DNA of 64,000 nt from Candidatus Woesebacteria bacterium (GTDB taxonomy: Bacteria; Patescibacteriota; Microgenomatia; UBA8517). Below, one piece after another: positions 36,637 to 46,076 of the stretch. The DNA lies in contig CP055307.1 of NCBI GenBank assembly GCA_013374835.1, forward strand, positions 542,963 to 606,962, in the 5' to 3' direction. Each line of letters begins with the position of its first letter. Positions within the stretch are counted from its first letter, which is position 1. A model generated the notes under the pieces. It ran no database searches. It was given only the letters and a program-made list of their open reading frames with translations, and was not told where the DNA came from. The translations under genes were made by a program, and so were the position numbers.

Positions 36637-39600
36637 AATTTTTTATCTTTTTTTGATAAGTTTGACTCCACTTCTTTGGTTGAGGGGAAGAGAGGTTATT
36701 ATCGGACACGATAGCGGATTTTTTTTAGATCCCGTTGAGAGGTTGAGAACTTTATACTATGCATGGAATCCAATTGATGAATTTGGTAATAACTATAGTC
36801 TTTATAGCGGTTTTCTGATAACGCTTTTTCCCCATGCCTTTTTTGGATATTTGACCGGGTCGCTCGCATGGGCTCAGAGGCTAGCGTTTATTTTTTGGTT
36901 TTTTGTAATGGGTATTTCGATGTATGTTTTTGCCTCTTATATTTTGCCCCAAAAGCGGAATTGGCCTTTTAGGCTAATTGCCTCTACTATGTATGTTTAT
37001 AATTTTTATATACTTCAAGCCTGGTTCATTGCCGAGCGGGCTAAGTTTTCTCTTTATGCGGCTCTGCCTCTGGTTTTATTTTTTCTTTTTAAAACAATAC
37101 GCGGCGAGTATAAGATACTAAAGGGCGCTTTCTTATGTTCGTTAACACTTTTTTTTCTAAACGGCGGCGGTGTACTGCCGAACTATGGTTTTTTGGTTTT
37201 ATCAATTGTTGTTTTTGCCGCATTTTTTGCTGTTGCCGCAGCTAATAAAAGAGATTTGATCCAAATTTTTAGGATTGTTAAGACTTATGCTCTTTTTTTT
37301 CTAGGATTTGTTTTTGTAAATTTTTATTGGATATACCCCGTATTTAGAAGATATCTTTTTTCTTTTGGAAACGAGGTCGCCGCGCGTGGAGGAATAGGAA
37401 GCCAGATAGATTGGATAATTGAGATTAGCAAAAATACCAGCTATCTTAATTTGCTTAGATTTCAAGGTATTCCTGATTGGTATGATAATCCAGCCCATCC
37501 TTTTTCGAACTGGTATTTAAATAATCCAATCGCGGTTTTTTTGAGTTTAATTCCCCCGTTGTCTGTTCTATGGATCATTTCTAAGAGGATATTTTCAAGG
37601 ATTAAATCTAAAAGGAATCGAAAAATTATTTATTTTGCTTCAATCCTTATGATTGTTAGTATGGTTTTTACAGCAGGAGCACAGCCTCCTTTTGGAGGGA
37701 TATATCTTTTTTTGATAAAGCATTTACCGGGTTTTGTAATGTTTCGGAACCCTTTTTATAAATTTGGCGGAGCTTTTTGGTTTTCTTATATTTTAATTTT
37801 TTCGTATTTTATCAGTTATTTATTGAGTAAGAAAATATTTTTGAAAGTAAGAAGCTATATATCTTTTGTAATAATTGCTCTAATTCTGCTTTACCATTAT
37901 CCCTACTTTTTTTCCGATATTTTTAGGTTTGACAAAAAATTTACTACACGAGTTGAGATCCCTGCTTATGTTTATAAGATGAATGATTATGTTAGAGCTA
38001 ATATGGATGCTGAAGAAAGGACGCTTCTTGTTCCCGAGGTTGATCCAGATAGCGGCATAGATGCTTATAGCTGGGGTTTTTATAGCTTTGATTATTTGCC
38101 CAAAAGCGTTTTTGCCAGATCTGTTGTTGGTGGAAGATCAACAGAGTCACGTAATTTATATAAAGCAATTGCTGAGCTAAGACCTGAACTGGTCGAAAAA
38201 TATGTGGAAATATATGGAATAGATAAGATTCTTTGGCGTGGTGATGTGATTTATCCTACGAGTGGGCTTACAAGCTCTGATTTTGTTGATCAAAAAGAGA
38301 TGATTTCTTCGCTTTATACCCTTGAGGCTCAATATGGAGAATGGATGCTTTTTGATACAGATGACAAAGAAGATAAAATATATTTATCAAATAAATTGAT
38401 TTCTTCGAACGCAGACCTTTCTTTTGTTGTAGAAAATTATCCTTTTTCAAAGAATATGTCCCTTCTTGGAATTTCTGATTATGATCCTCGCTACAGTTCA
38501 TTAATTCTTCGTCCTCAGTGTGTGGCTTGTAATTTTGATTTTGGATTTAGGATAAATCCGCAAGTATTTATACCAGAAATAAAGTACGATACAAAAAGCC
38601 TTTTTTACCCACTTTTTAGATGGACTGAGAAAAGGTGCGTGGAGAAAGCATCTAGTTTTTCGTCGAAGATTGATGCGCTTCTTGTTAATATGTCCAAAAG
38701 AGTTAATGAGATTAAGCGTGACGGGGAAAGTCCGAGAGCTTCTAAGGATTATGTGTCTGATCTCGAAAATATAAAAGTATATTTTAATAGTCTCGATGAA
38801 AAGGATAAACTTTTTTATGCTTCTCGGATAATTTCTTTTCTTGATTATCATCTCTTATATCTTCGTGAGGCAGGGCAAGAGCCTTCATTAGCTCCTGCCA
38901 TTGAAAATGAACTTGAATATTTCAAAGAATTTAGCTGGAGCAGTGATAGCCCCAGTAAGATCAAGATGGCTTTTGAAAATCCTAGAAATGAAATATATGA
39001 GGTTGCCAATAGTTCCGGTCTAAATATGTTTATTGACGGAGAAGAAGTCGCTAAAAAAAGTATTAATATCAAAGCAGGCCTTAGGAAAATATTAATTGAA
39101 AGAGAAATTGGAGAAAATATGGCTGGTCAGCAAGAAGCCTCTGGTCATTCTGCTGTTGTATATGAAAGGCAAATTGAGAATTTAATTCCAAAAGGTTCCT
39201 ATCTTGTTAGTTTTGAATATAAGATAGATTCAGATGCTTTGGTACTTTTTAGAATAGATGATTATATAAAAAATGCCGAATTTATACTTTTTGCTGACGG
39301 GCGTTGGCACAAGTTTTCTCATCTTTTTTCTGTTGAAAAAGAGAAAGCTAATTTTAAAATATATTCAAAAGGCATTAAACCTGAGTTTGATTTCGAGGTT
39401 AGAAACTATTTTATTGGTGAATTTAATGTCCCAAATATTTATTTTTACAAAGATATTGGAAGTTTTATAAATAATCAAAAAGTTTCTTATAAAAGAATTT
39501 CCCCCATTGAATATAGGATTAGTTTGGAGGGTAACCCGCCTTATTTTTTGGTTTTAGACGAGGGATATGAACCTTTTTGGGAATTGCTGGGAGCGCCGGG

Positions 39601-39781
39601 TGCAAGACATGTCAAAGTAAACGGATATACGAATGGTTGGTTGATTACTGACAAACCGACTGGGGATTTAACTATTTATTATAATCAGCAAAGAAATTTC
39701 AGAATTGGTCTTTTGATATCAGCGATAGGCATTTTTTCGATAATTTTATTTTTGGCAGCAAACCATTATGTTTCTAGATAA
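36614..39781 (+). CDS. Large polytopic membrane protein with a YfhO-like C-terminal domain (GT-C-like candidate)
   Basis: 1055 aa: about 430 aa of TM helices, then a large soluble region and a C-terminal anchor. The tail reads KVNGYTNGWLITDKPTGDLTIYYNQQ followed by a final TM, as in YfhO-like tails. Confidence 0.45.
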   Translation: MRRQKIVEIFYLFLISLTPLLWLRGREVIIGHDSGFFLDPVERLRTLYYAWNPIDEFGNNYSLYSGFLITLFPHAFFGYLTGSLAWAQRLAFIFWFFVMGISMYVFASYILPQKRNWPFRLIASTMYVYNFYILQAWFIAERAKFSLYAALPLVLFFLFKTIRGEYKILKGAFLCSLTLFFLNGGGVLPNYGFLVLSIVVFAAFFAVAAANKRDLIQIFRIVKTYALFFLGFVFVNFYWIYPVFRRYLFSFGNEVAARGGIGSQIDWIIEISKNTSYLNLLRFQGIPDWYDNPAHPFSNWYLNNPIAVFLSLIPPLSVLWIISKRIFSRIKSKRNRKIIYFASILMIVSMVFTAGAQPPFGGIYLFLIKHLPGFVMFRNPFYKFGGAFWFSYILIFSYFISYLLSKKIFLKVRSYISFVIIALILLYHYPYFFSDIFRFDKKFTTRVEIPAYVYKMNDYVRANMDAEERTLLVPEVDPDSGIDAYSWGFYSFDYLPKSVFARSVVGGRSTESRNLYKAIAELRPELVEKYVEIYGIDKILWRGDVIYPTSGLTSSDFVDQKEMISSLYTLEAQYGEWMLFDTDDKEDKIYLSNKLISSNADLSFVVENYPFSKNMSLLGISDYDPRYSSLILRPQCVACNFDFGFRINPQVFIPEIKYDTKSLFYPLFRWTEKRCVEKASSFSSKIDALLVNMSKRVNEIKRDGESPRASKDYVSDLENIKVYFNSLDEKDKLFYASRIISFLDYHLLYLREAGQEPSLAPAIENELEYFKEFSWSSDSPSKIKMAFENPRNEIYEVANSSGLNMFIDGEEVAKKSINIKAGLRKILIEREIGENMAGQQEASGHSAVVYERQIENLIPKGSYLVSFEYKIDSDALVLFRIDDYIKNAEFILFADGRWHKFSHLFSVEKEKANFKIYSKGIKPEFDFEVRNYFIGEFNVPNIYFYKDIGSFINNQKVSYKRISPIEYRISLEGNPPYFLVLDEGYEPFWELLGAPGARHVKVNGYTNGWLITDKPTGDLTIYYNQQRNFRIGLLISAIGIFSIILFLAANHYVSR

Positions 39782-40441
39782 TGTAGGAAGGTTTTTGGCA
39801 TATCGGTGGGGGATAAAAAGATAGTTGCTTAAATTTATCCTATCGCCATAAATTTTGATATTTCTGAACCCGCTTTCTTTTAGTTGTTCCTTAATGTTGT
39901 TTGGTGTGTAGTAGCGTATATGACCCACATTAAATTCTTTTGACGGGAGTTTGGTTGAGTACTCAATAAACGGATTTTTTCCAAATAGCAGCAATATTCT
40001 TCTGCCAAGTGACGCTAAGTTTGGTGTGGTGAGTAAGAGTTTGCCGTCTTTTTTAAGGACCTTGTGGATTTTAAGTAGAAATCGATCTGTATCAAAAATG
40101 TGTTCTATTATATCACCTGCAATTACTACATTAAAATAATTATTGTATTTTGGAGGGAGACTTTCTATATCTGAGAGCTTGCAGGGCAGTCCTTTTTTTT
40201 TGCATTCTTTGATTGCTTTTTTGCTAATATCGATACCAAGAACTTGTCCGAATTTTGTATATTTTTTGATCAGTTCACCATCGTTACAACCTATGTCTAG
40301 TATTTTTATTCTTTTATCCTTTTTATTGTATCTTTTTAGTTCTTCTAAAAAAAAGTTGATTTTTTCCTGATAATAGCCCCTTTTGGACGATTGCATTAGC
40401 AGTTTTTGATTATAGAAGTTATGTATTTTTGATTTTTTCAT
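39746..40441 (-). CDS. Class I SAM-dependent methyltransferase
   Basis: ILDIGCNDGEL (motif I), LGIDIS, FNVVIAGDIIEHI, VLKKDGKLLLTTPN. It overlaps the 36614 gene convergently by 36 nt. Confidence 0.85.
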   Translation of the reverse strand: MKKSKIHNFYNQKLLMQSSKRGYYQEKINFFLEELKRYNKKDKRIKILDIGCNDGELIKKYTKFGQVLGIDISKKAIKECKKKGLPCKLSDIESLPPKYNNYFNVVIAGDIIEHIFDTDRFLLKIHKVLKKDGKLLLTTPNLASLGRRILLLFGKNPFIEYSTKLPSKEFNVGHIRYYTPNNIKEQLKESGFRNIKIYGDRINLSNYLFIPHRYAKNLPTLSRNIMVCCQK

Positions 40442-41364
40442 TAATTTTTGATACCTATTTTTTCTTTTATTATATACTCAGGCCGTTTTTTAACCTCTTC
40501 ATATATTCTTGCTAAATATTCGCCTATTATTCCTAATGTGATTAGCTGTACACCCCCAATAAGAAGTACTGTTGAGATGGTTGATGCCCATCCTATTATT
40601 CCGATTTGAAAGAATAATCTGAGGATAAAAATTATTAGGATAAATATGAATGCAAGAGCGGCAAAGATCATTCCCAGAAAGCTTGAGATTCTCAGTGGTA
40701 TATATGAAAAGGAAAGAAGCCCGTCAAACGCCAGATTAAAAAGTCTTCTCAGAGAAGCGGGTTTCCCCTTGTATCTTTTGTCTCTTTCATAGAGAAGTCC
40801 GGTTTGACGAAAGCCTGTCCATGCACGGAGACCGCTAAAATATTTATTCCTTTCGGGCATTTCTGTCAGAATATCTACAACCTTTCTGTTAAGAAGAGAG
40901 AATGTCCCTGAATCAAGGGGCATTTTGTAATATGAAATACTGTTTAGAAGAATATAATATACTTTAAAGAGAATCCTTCTAAAAATATCTTCCTTTCTTT
41001 TGGTTTTTATTCCGTAGACCACCTCGAACCCTTCCTGTGCTTTCTTGAACATTTTTAGTATTACTTCGGGTGGATCTTGAAGGTCGGCATCTAGGACTGT
41101 TACCCATTTCCCTTTTGAGTTAGCGAGCCCTGCGTGGATTGCTGCCATGTGGCCGAAATTTCTTGAAAAGGAGATTAGCTTTACTTTATTGTCATTTTTA
41201 TTAATTTTTTTGATTACAATTTCACTTTTATCTTCGCTTCCGTCGTTAATAAAAATCATTTCGTGGTAGGGTGATATTTTATTCAATACTTTTTTGAGTC
41301 TTTTGTAGAGAGGCATTAGATTTTCTTCTTCGTTGAAAAAGGGGATTACAGCAGATATTTCCAT
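40441..41364 (-). CDS. GtrB/ArnC/Dpm1-like polyprenol-phosphate glycosyltransferase (GT2 with C-terminal TM anchor)
   Basis: ISAVIPFFNEEENL, IFINDGSEDKS, NFGHMAAIHAGLANSKGKWVTVLDADLQDPPEVI, YGIKTKRKE and two C-terminal TM helices. Confidence 0.8.
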   Translation of the reverse strand: MEISAVIPFFNEEENLMPLYKRLKKVLNKISPYHEMIFINDGSEDKSEIVIKKINKNDNKVKLISFSRNFGHMAAIHAGLANSKGKWVTVLDADLQDPPEVILKMFKKAQEGFEVVYGIKTKRKEDIFRRILFKVYYILLNSISYYKMPLDSGTFSLLNRKVVDILTEMPERNKYFSGLRAWTGFRQTGLLYERDKRYKGKPASLRRLFNLAFDGLLSFSYIPLRISSFLGMIFAALAFIFILIIFILRLFFQIGIIGWASTISTVLLIGGVQLITLGIIGEYLARIYEEVKKRPEYIIKEKIGIKN

Positions 41365-41430
41365 CTTTTTTATAAGCTTAATAATACTTCTTTGTGGTGA
41401 ACAAAGTCAATTTGATGTATATTTTGATAT
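41365..41430. promoter_or_regulatory. Divergent intergenic region with a TAATAATACT box and an inverted repeat CTTTGT-N5-ACAAAG
   Basis: 66-nt AT-rich spacer between the GtrB-like gene (minus) and the Zn-ribbon methyltransferase (plus). Reading TTCTTTGTGGTGAACAAAGTCAA, the 6-bp arms CTTTGT/ACAAAG are visible, and a TATATGAAT -10-like element sits just before the ATG. Confidence 0.25.
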
Positions 41431-42369
41431 ATGAATGCACGTTTTAAAAGTATTTTGGCTTGTCCGAAATGCAGATCAAGTTTGAGCGAGAGGAGGGGAA
41501 AATTAGTTTGCGGCCGGGGACATAAATTTGAGATCGACGGGGAAGTTCCTGTTATGACAAAGCTTGATCCCTACTTGGAAAAAGAAGCGAAAGCTTGGGA
41601 GGATAGCTGGAAGCGTGGTGTGGGTAAAAGGGCTCTTGGTGCATATAAAAAAAATATGAAGGTTTTTGAGAGACTTGGCTATTGGGAAGAATCCGGTAGA
41701 GCTACCCGAATTATTAAGAGCAAAAAGAACTGGTATGTACTTGATTTAGGGTGTGGTAATGGACTTTCTACAGCGAATATTAAAGGGGGCGTAGTTGTCG
41801 GAATGGATTTATCCAAAAAGCAGATGGTCAGGGCATCAAAAAGATATAAAAATAATTTTTTTGTTGTGGGAGATGCGACTTGTTTGCCTTTTCGTAGCGG
41901 AATTTTTGATTTGGTTATAGCTATAAATTTGTTTCATCACCTTAGGGATAAGAAGGAAGTGGCGTTGCGGGAAGTTTATCGGGTTCTTAAAAAGGGAGGA
42001 GTGCTTTTGGCTGTTGACCCCAATCTTACAAATCCGATAGGTTTTACGGGCAGAGGGTTTTTTAAGCTTTTGGGACTTAAAAGGTTTTTTCCAACGTTTC
42101 CTCAGTTTGCGCTTGGAGATGATGAGAAGCAGTTTACAAAGGCTCAGTACTATGGGTTTTTTGAGAACTCTCCATTTAAAAAATTTAAAATAATTCCTCA
42201 CAGAATTGAGAGAATACTTTTTTTTGCTACGATTCTTCTTCCTCCTCTTTCAAAACTTCCCGGCTATGAAAGCTTTTTGGTTTTTGTAAGCCGCGCGGGG
42301 GAGCAGATAGTTAAGATTCCTCCTTTTGATTATCTGTGCTATTTTTGGAAAGTAGAGGCTGTCAAATGA
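41431..42369 (+). CDS. SAM-dependent methyltransferase with an N-terminal Trm112-like zinc-ribbon
   Basis: LACPKCRSSL...LVCGRGHKFEIDGEVPVM (Cys4 ribbon), then VLDLGCGNGL, VGMDLS, FDLVIAINLFHHL and VLKKGGVLLAVDPN. Confidence 0.85.
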   Translation: MNARFKSILACPKCRSSLSERRGKLVCGRGHKFEIDGEVPVMTKLDPYLEKEAKAWEDSWKRGVGKRALGAYKKNMKVFERLGYWEESGRATRIIKSKKNWYVLDLGCGNGLSTANIKGGVVVGMDLSKKQMVRASKRYKNNFFVVGDATCLPFRSGIFDLVIAINLFHHLRDKKEVALREVYRVLKKGGVLLAVDPNLTNPIGFTGRGFFKLLGLKRFFPTFPQFALGDDEKQFTKAQYYGFFENSPFKKFKIIPHRIERILFFATILLPPLSKLPGYESFLVFVSRAGEQIVKIPPFDYLCYFWKVEAVK

Positions 42370-43091
42370 AATATATTAGGCTTATTCTTATAAAACTTTT
42401 GACTTGGTTTTTTGAATTTGTTTACCCAATTGAGAATAAGAAAGTATTTTCAAAAAATATGAAAAGGGCTGTTAACTTGTATGCCGACGGAGGATTTGAC
42501 GGGCTTTTTGCCAAAATTAGGATGTGGGACGCACCTTATAAAGAGATTGAGAAAATGGTTCCTAAAAAAGGAATAGTTGTTGATTTAGGATCTGGAGACG
42601 GACTTCTTTCAAATTATCTTGCTATTGAGAGTACACAAAGAAAGGTTATAGGGTTTGAAAATAACAAAGAAAGAGTAAAAAGAGCTGAAAAAGGCCTTAA
42701 AAACACAATTTTTAAAGAGGCAGATATACTTAATGTGGATTTTCCTAAAGCTGAGTGCTTTCTTTTAATACATGTTTTTCACCATTTGTCAAAAAAGAGT
42801 GATCAGAAAAAGCTTCTTTTGAAAATTCGTAAAAGTATTAAAGGAAGCCTTATTGTTGCCGAAATTTCAGAGAAACCTTTTTTGAAGTTTATTTTCTCGG
42901 TATTTACAGATTTTTTAATTGTGCCCATTCTTTTTGGAGAAAAGCTTGTTGATACAAATGTCCATTACAGGAAAGATAAGGAGTGGAGAAAGCTTTTTAC
43001 CGAATGCGGCTTTGAGGTGAAAAGGGTTAGTTTTCCCCATAGGGGCATGCCTTTTAGTCATGTCCTATATGAATGCAGAAAGAGTAGTTAG
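42336..43091 (+). CDS. Class I SAM-dependent methyltransferase
   Basis: VVDLGSGDGLLS, IGFENNKERVKRAE, CFLLIHVFHHL. The likely start is the ATG at 42366, giving an ATGA overlap with the upstream gene. Confidence 0.75.
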   Translation: MLFLESRGCQMKYIRLILIKLLTWFFEFVYPIENKKVFSKNMKRAVNLYADGGFDGLFAKIRMWDAPYKEIEKMVPKKGIVVDLGSGDGLLSNYLAIESTQRKVIGFENNKERVKRAEKGLKNTIFKEADILNVDFPKAECFLLIHVFHHLSKKSDQKKLLLKIRKSIKGSLIVAEISEKPFLKFIFSVFTDFLIVPILFGEKLVDTNVHYRKDKEWRKLFTECGFEVKRVSFPHRGMPFSHVLYECRKSS

Positions 43092-43142
43092 TAAGTTTTT
43101 TAGTTATTATTTATTATATAAATATAATGTTTTAGGAATTTT

Positions 43143-44120
43143 ATGCGATCTTTTATCGAACTTAAGGTTAGTATTATTATCCCGCTTTATGTTATAGTTC
43201 CTAGGTTCTTTAGGGACTTGAAAAAGTTTAGAAAATTAAATTATTCAAATTATGAAATTTTGATTGTAACTGATAGGGAGGTTGATAATATTGACGAACC
43301 TAAAGTTCGCGTAATATATACGGGAAAGAAGAGAACGGGGCCGGCTGAGAAGAGAGATATTGCTATTTCTCAATCTAAAGGGGATATTTGTGCGTTTATA
43401 GATGATGATGCATACCCTCATCCTAATTGGCTAAAGAATGCAATGATTCATTTTAATCATCCTTTGATAGCGGCTGTTGGTGGACCGGGCGTGACCCCAA
43501 AGGAGGATAAATATTGGGAACAGCTTACAGGTTTTGTTTATGAATCTTATTTTACCGGAGGTAAAGCAAGGTATAGGTTTGTCAGAGAAAATATGCGATT
43601 TGTTGACGATTACCCTGCTTATAATCTTCTTGTAAGAAAGAAAGTGTTAGAGGATGTAGGAGGCTACGGATCGCATTATTACGGTGGTGAAGACACCTTT
43701 CTTTGCCTTAAGATTCACAAAAAGGGTGGAAAAATTTTATACGACCCTGATGTAGTCGTTTATCATCATCGGAGGGCATTATTTTTGCCATATCTTAAGC
43801 AAATTGCAAACATTGGAAGACACCGGGGATATTTTGCAAGAAAGTATCCTGAAACTTCAAGGCGGCTTTTTTATTTTCTACCAAGCTCCTTGGTTATATT
43901 TGGGCTGATTCTTATTTTAATGGGTCTGCTTTTTAATTTTTTATATATATATTTTTTTGTATTTTTGTTTATTTTTTCTTATTTGGTATCTATTTTTTCC
44001 GTAGTCAGAAAGGCAGGATTTTTGGATTCATTAATTGTCTCAATAGGGATTTTGGCTACCCATGTAGTTTACGGATCAAATTTTATTAAGGGTTTTTTGA
44101 CTAAAAATATAAAGCTATGA
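43143..44120 (+). CDS. Glycosyltransferase family 2 with C-terminal TM helices
   Basis: VSIIIPLY, ILIVTD, DICAFIDDDAYP (DxD), GGEDTFLCLKI. Confidence 0.7.
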   Translation: MRSFIELKVSIIIPLYVIVPRFFRDLKKFRKLNYSNYEILIVTDREVDNIDEPKVRVIYTGKKRTGPAEKRDIAISQSKGDICAFIDDDAYPHPNWLKNAMIHFNHPLIAAVGGPGVTPKEDKYWEQLTGFVYESYFTGGKARYRFVRENMRFVDDYPAYNLLVRKKVLEDVGGYGSHYYGGEDTFLCLKIHKKGGKILYDPDVVVYHHRRALFLPYLKQIANIGRHRGYFARKYPETSRRLFYFLPSSLVIFGLILILMGLLFNFLYIYFFVFLFIFSYLVSIFSVVRKAGFLDSLIVSIGILATHVVYGSNFIKGFLTKNIKL

Positions 44121-45676
44121 TTTACGAAGTTATTATTGCACTTATCATAGGAGTCTTATATTTTCCTCTGTTTGGCGCCTTTTTTGCACAGGACGAATTG
44201 TTTTTTTTTGGAATTGCAAATGAAGTCAAAGGCTTCGGGGTGTTTAGATATTTCGTACCTCATACAACTCACTATATTCCATTCACAGAGATTTTCTCTT
44301 TTCTTTTTTATAGACTTTTCGGTCTAGAGGCACGCTATTATTTCTTTTTGGCTATTTGTGGACATATTGTTTTAGCGTTGATTTTTTACCGTATTTTGAG
44401 GCTTCTTTCTATTTCAAAGAAAAACTCATTAATTACTTCGCTAATGTTCGGATTAAATTCTTCAATACATCAGGGTGTAACATGGCCACTGGTAAGCATT
44501 AATATTTTTGGTTCCAGCTTATTAGGTTTATTTTCTATCCTTTTTTTTATACGTGCAGTAAAAACAAAGAAAAATAGACTCTATCTTGTTTCTTCATCAA
44601 TTCTTTTTCTATCTCTTTTTTTTAAAGAGAGTGTAATTGGCATGTTTTTGTTTTTAATAGTTTTACTTTTTATTTTCGATAAAAGACGAAAGCCTATTTT
44701 ATTTTATTTGGTTAGTTTGTTCTTTTATATTTTATTTAGAATTTATCTTTTAATAAACTCAAAAGACGTTCCTCTTCCTATAGAGTCTCAATCTGTTTTT
44801 GAGATTTTATATAATTTTTTAACATTCCCTCCAAAAATATTTTTCCAAACAATAATACCCAATAATTTTATAAGTTATTTCCATCCTGAAGTTAGGAATT
44901 GGCAGTTTGATGCTTTGTTCATGGTAGCTTTTGTGGTTTTGATTTTTTATATTTATAAGTTGTATCGTTCTAACAAAAGGCTTGGTTACTTGAATTTAGT
45001 TTTAATTTTTTTGTTTTTTGGAATTGTAAATAGCCCCATATATGCGTTTTCTCCAGAGAGGGTGGGGTTGATTACATTTGTCGATTCGAGAAATTTATAT
45101 TTTCCCGCTTTTGGGTATTTATCATTTTTTATGCTTTTTGTGTCTTGCGTAGTTAAAAATAAAAAAACATTTATCTTTTTTATTATTTTATATTTCAGCC
45201 TACATATTTTATTTCTTGAAAAACAATTAATTGAACAATCCCACATAGGCAGCTTGAGAAAAAATATATTAGAAGAGATTCTTGCAATTTATCCTGATTT
45301 GCCTGAAAAGACGGTATTTCTAATGCTTTCTGATAAATCTCACTACGGTCTTCCTGACGAAATAAAAATTCCTCCTTTTCAATCTGGTTTTGGGCATACA
45401 CTTCTTGTTTTTTATGAACCTTATGAAAATTTTCCATCATCTTTTTTTGAACATGATTTCTTATGGCCAATTGATAGTCAAGGCTATAAAAAGGAAGGTG
45501 AGCGTGGGTTTGGTTATTTTAGGAATTATGGTGATATGCTAACTTTTATTAAAGATAGCAGTTTGGATGACGGAAACGTTATAGCTTTTGCTTATAAATC
45601 TGATGAGAAAAGGGTATATGATATAACAGAGAATATTAGGGAACGAATTAAAGCAGATATTGATAATATCGATTAA
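44117..45676 (+). CDS. Polytopic membrane protein, GT-C-like candidate
   Basis: 519 aa, multi-TM. N-terminal loop FAQDELFFFGIANEVKGFG (DE motif). Confidence 0.4.
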   Translation: MIYEVIIALIIGVLYFPLFGAFFAQDELFFFGIANEVKGFGVFRYFVPHTTHYIPFTEIFSFLFYRLFGLEARYYFFLAICGHIVLALIFYRILRLLSISKKNSLITSLMFGLNSSIHQGVTWPLVSINIFGSSLLGLFSILFFIRAVKTKKNRLYLVSSSILFLSLFFKESVIGMFLFLIVLLFIFDKRRKPILFYLVSLFFYILFRIYLLINSKDVPLPIESQSVFEILYNFLTFPPKIFFQTIIPNNFISYFHPEVRNWQFDALFMVAFVVLIFYIYKLYRSNKRLGYLNLVLIFLFFGIVNSPIYAFSPERVGLITFVDSRNLYFPAFGYLSFFMLFVSCVVKNKKTFIFFIILYFSLHILFLEKQLIEQSHIGSLRKNILEEILAIYPDLPEKTVFLMLSDKSHYGLPDEIKIPPFQSGFGHTLLVFYEPYENFPSSFFEHDFLWPIDSQGYKKEGERGFGYFRNYGDMLTFIKDSSLDDGNVIAFAYKSDEKRVYDITENIRERIKADIDNID

Positions 45677-45696
45677 AATATTAGAATTGAATTTGT

Positions 45697-45858
45697 ATGT
45701 TGGAAAAATTAAAGACTATTTCTGAATTATTTAATTTTTTTGCCCGTCAGAAGCGATGGTTTCTTATCCCAATGCTTTTAGTCTTTTTGCTTTTTGGATT
45801 TTTGCTGCTTTTTCTTGGATCTTCACCTCTTGCCCCAATAGTTTATCCCCTTTTCTGA
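45697..45858 (+). CDS. SxtK/DUF5989-like microprotein (53 aa). Absent from the ORF track because it is under 60 aa.
   Basis: ATG at 45697, TGA at 45856-45858. Translation: MLEKLKTISELFNFFARQKRWFLIPMLLVFLLFGFLLLFLGSSPLAPIVYPLF. It has a basic patch, a single TM helix and an ...APxxYxLF tail. As I recall, this is the pattern of the small SxtK-like proteins found next to carbamoyltransferases. Confidence 0.5.
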   Translation: MLEKLKTISELFNFFARQKRWFLIPMLLVFLLFGFLLLFLGSSPLAPIVYPLF

Positions 45859-45859
45859 C

Positions 45860-46072
45860 ATGACGGATATTTGGAATCGTTGGAAAAAATTGACTGAGAA
45901 AATTGGGAGAGTTCAGGCTGTAATTATTTTTTCAGCGCTTTATTTTATCTTGATTACGCCTGTCGGATTTTTAACAGCACGTGTGTTTGATTATTTAAAT
46001 TTGAGAAAGTTGCCAAGATGGGTTGATTTTGAGGGAAGAGAAGATAGTGTAACTGAGCTTAGAAAGCAGTAG
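45860..46072 (+). CDS. SxtJ-like small membrane protein candidate
   Basis: 70 aa, immediately upstream of the carbamoyltransferase and 1 nt after the previous microprotein. One TM helix (VQAVIIFSALYFILITPVGFL). Confidence 0.4.
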   Translation: MTDIWNRWKKLTEKIGRVQAVIIFSALYFILITPVGFLTARVFDYLNLRKLPRWVDFEGREDSVTELRKQ

Positions 46073-46076
46073 AAAG

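Noticed and set aside
39746-39781. Expectation of Rho-independent terminators at the convergent gene ends (39746-39781, 47762-47780, 32704-32706)
   Set aside because: The convergent genes overlap or abut, leaving no room for a hairpin. No GC-rich stem followed by a T-tract was seen at these sites.
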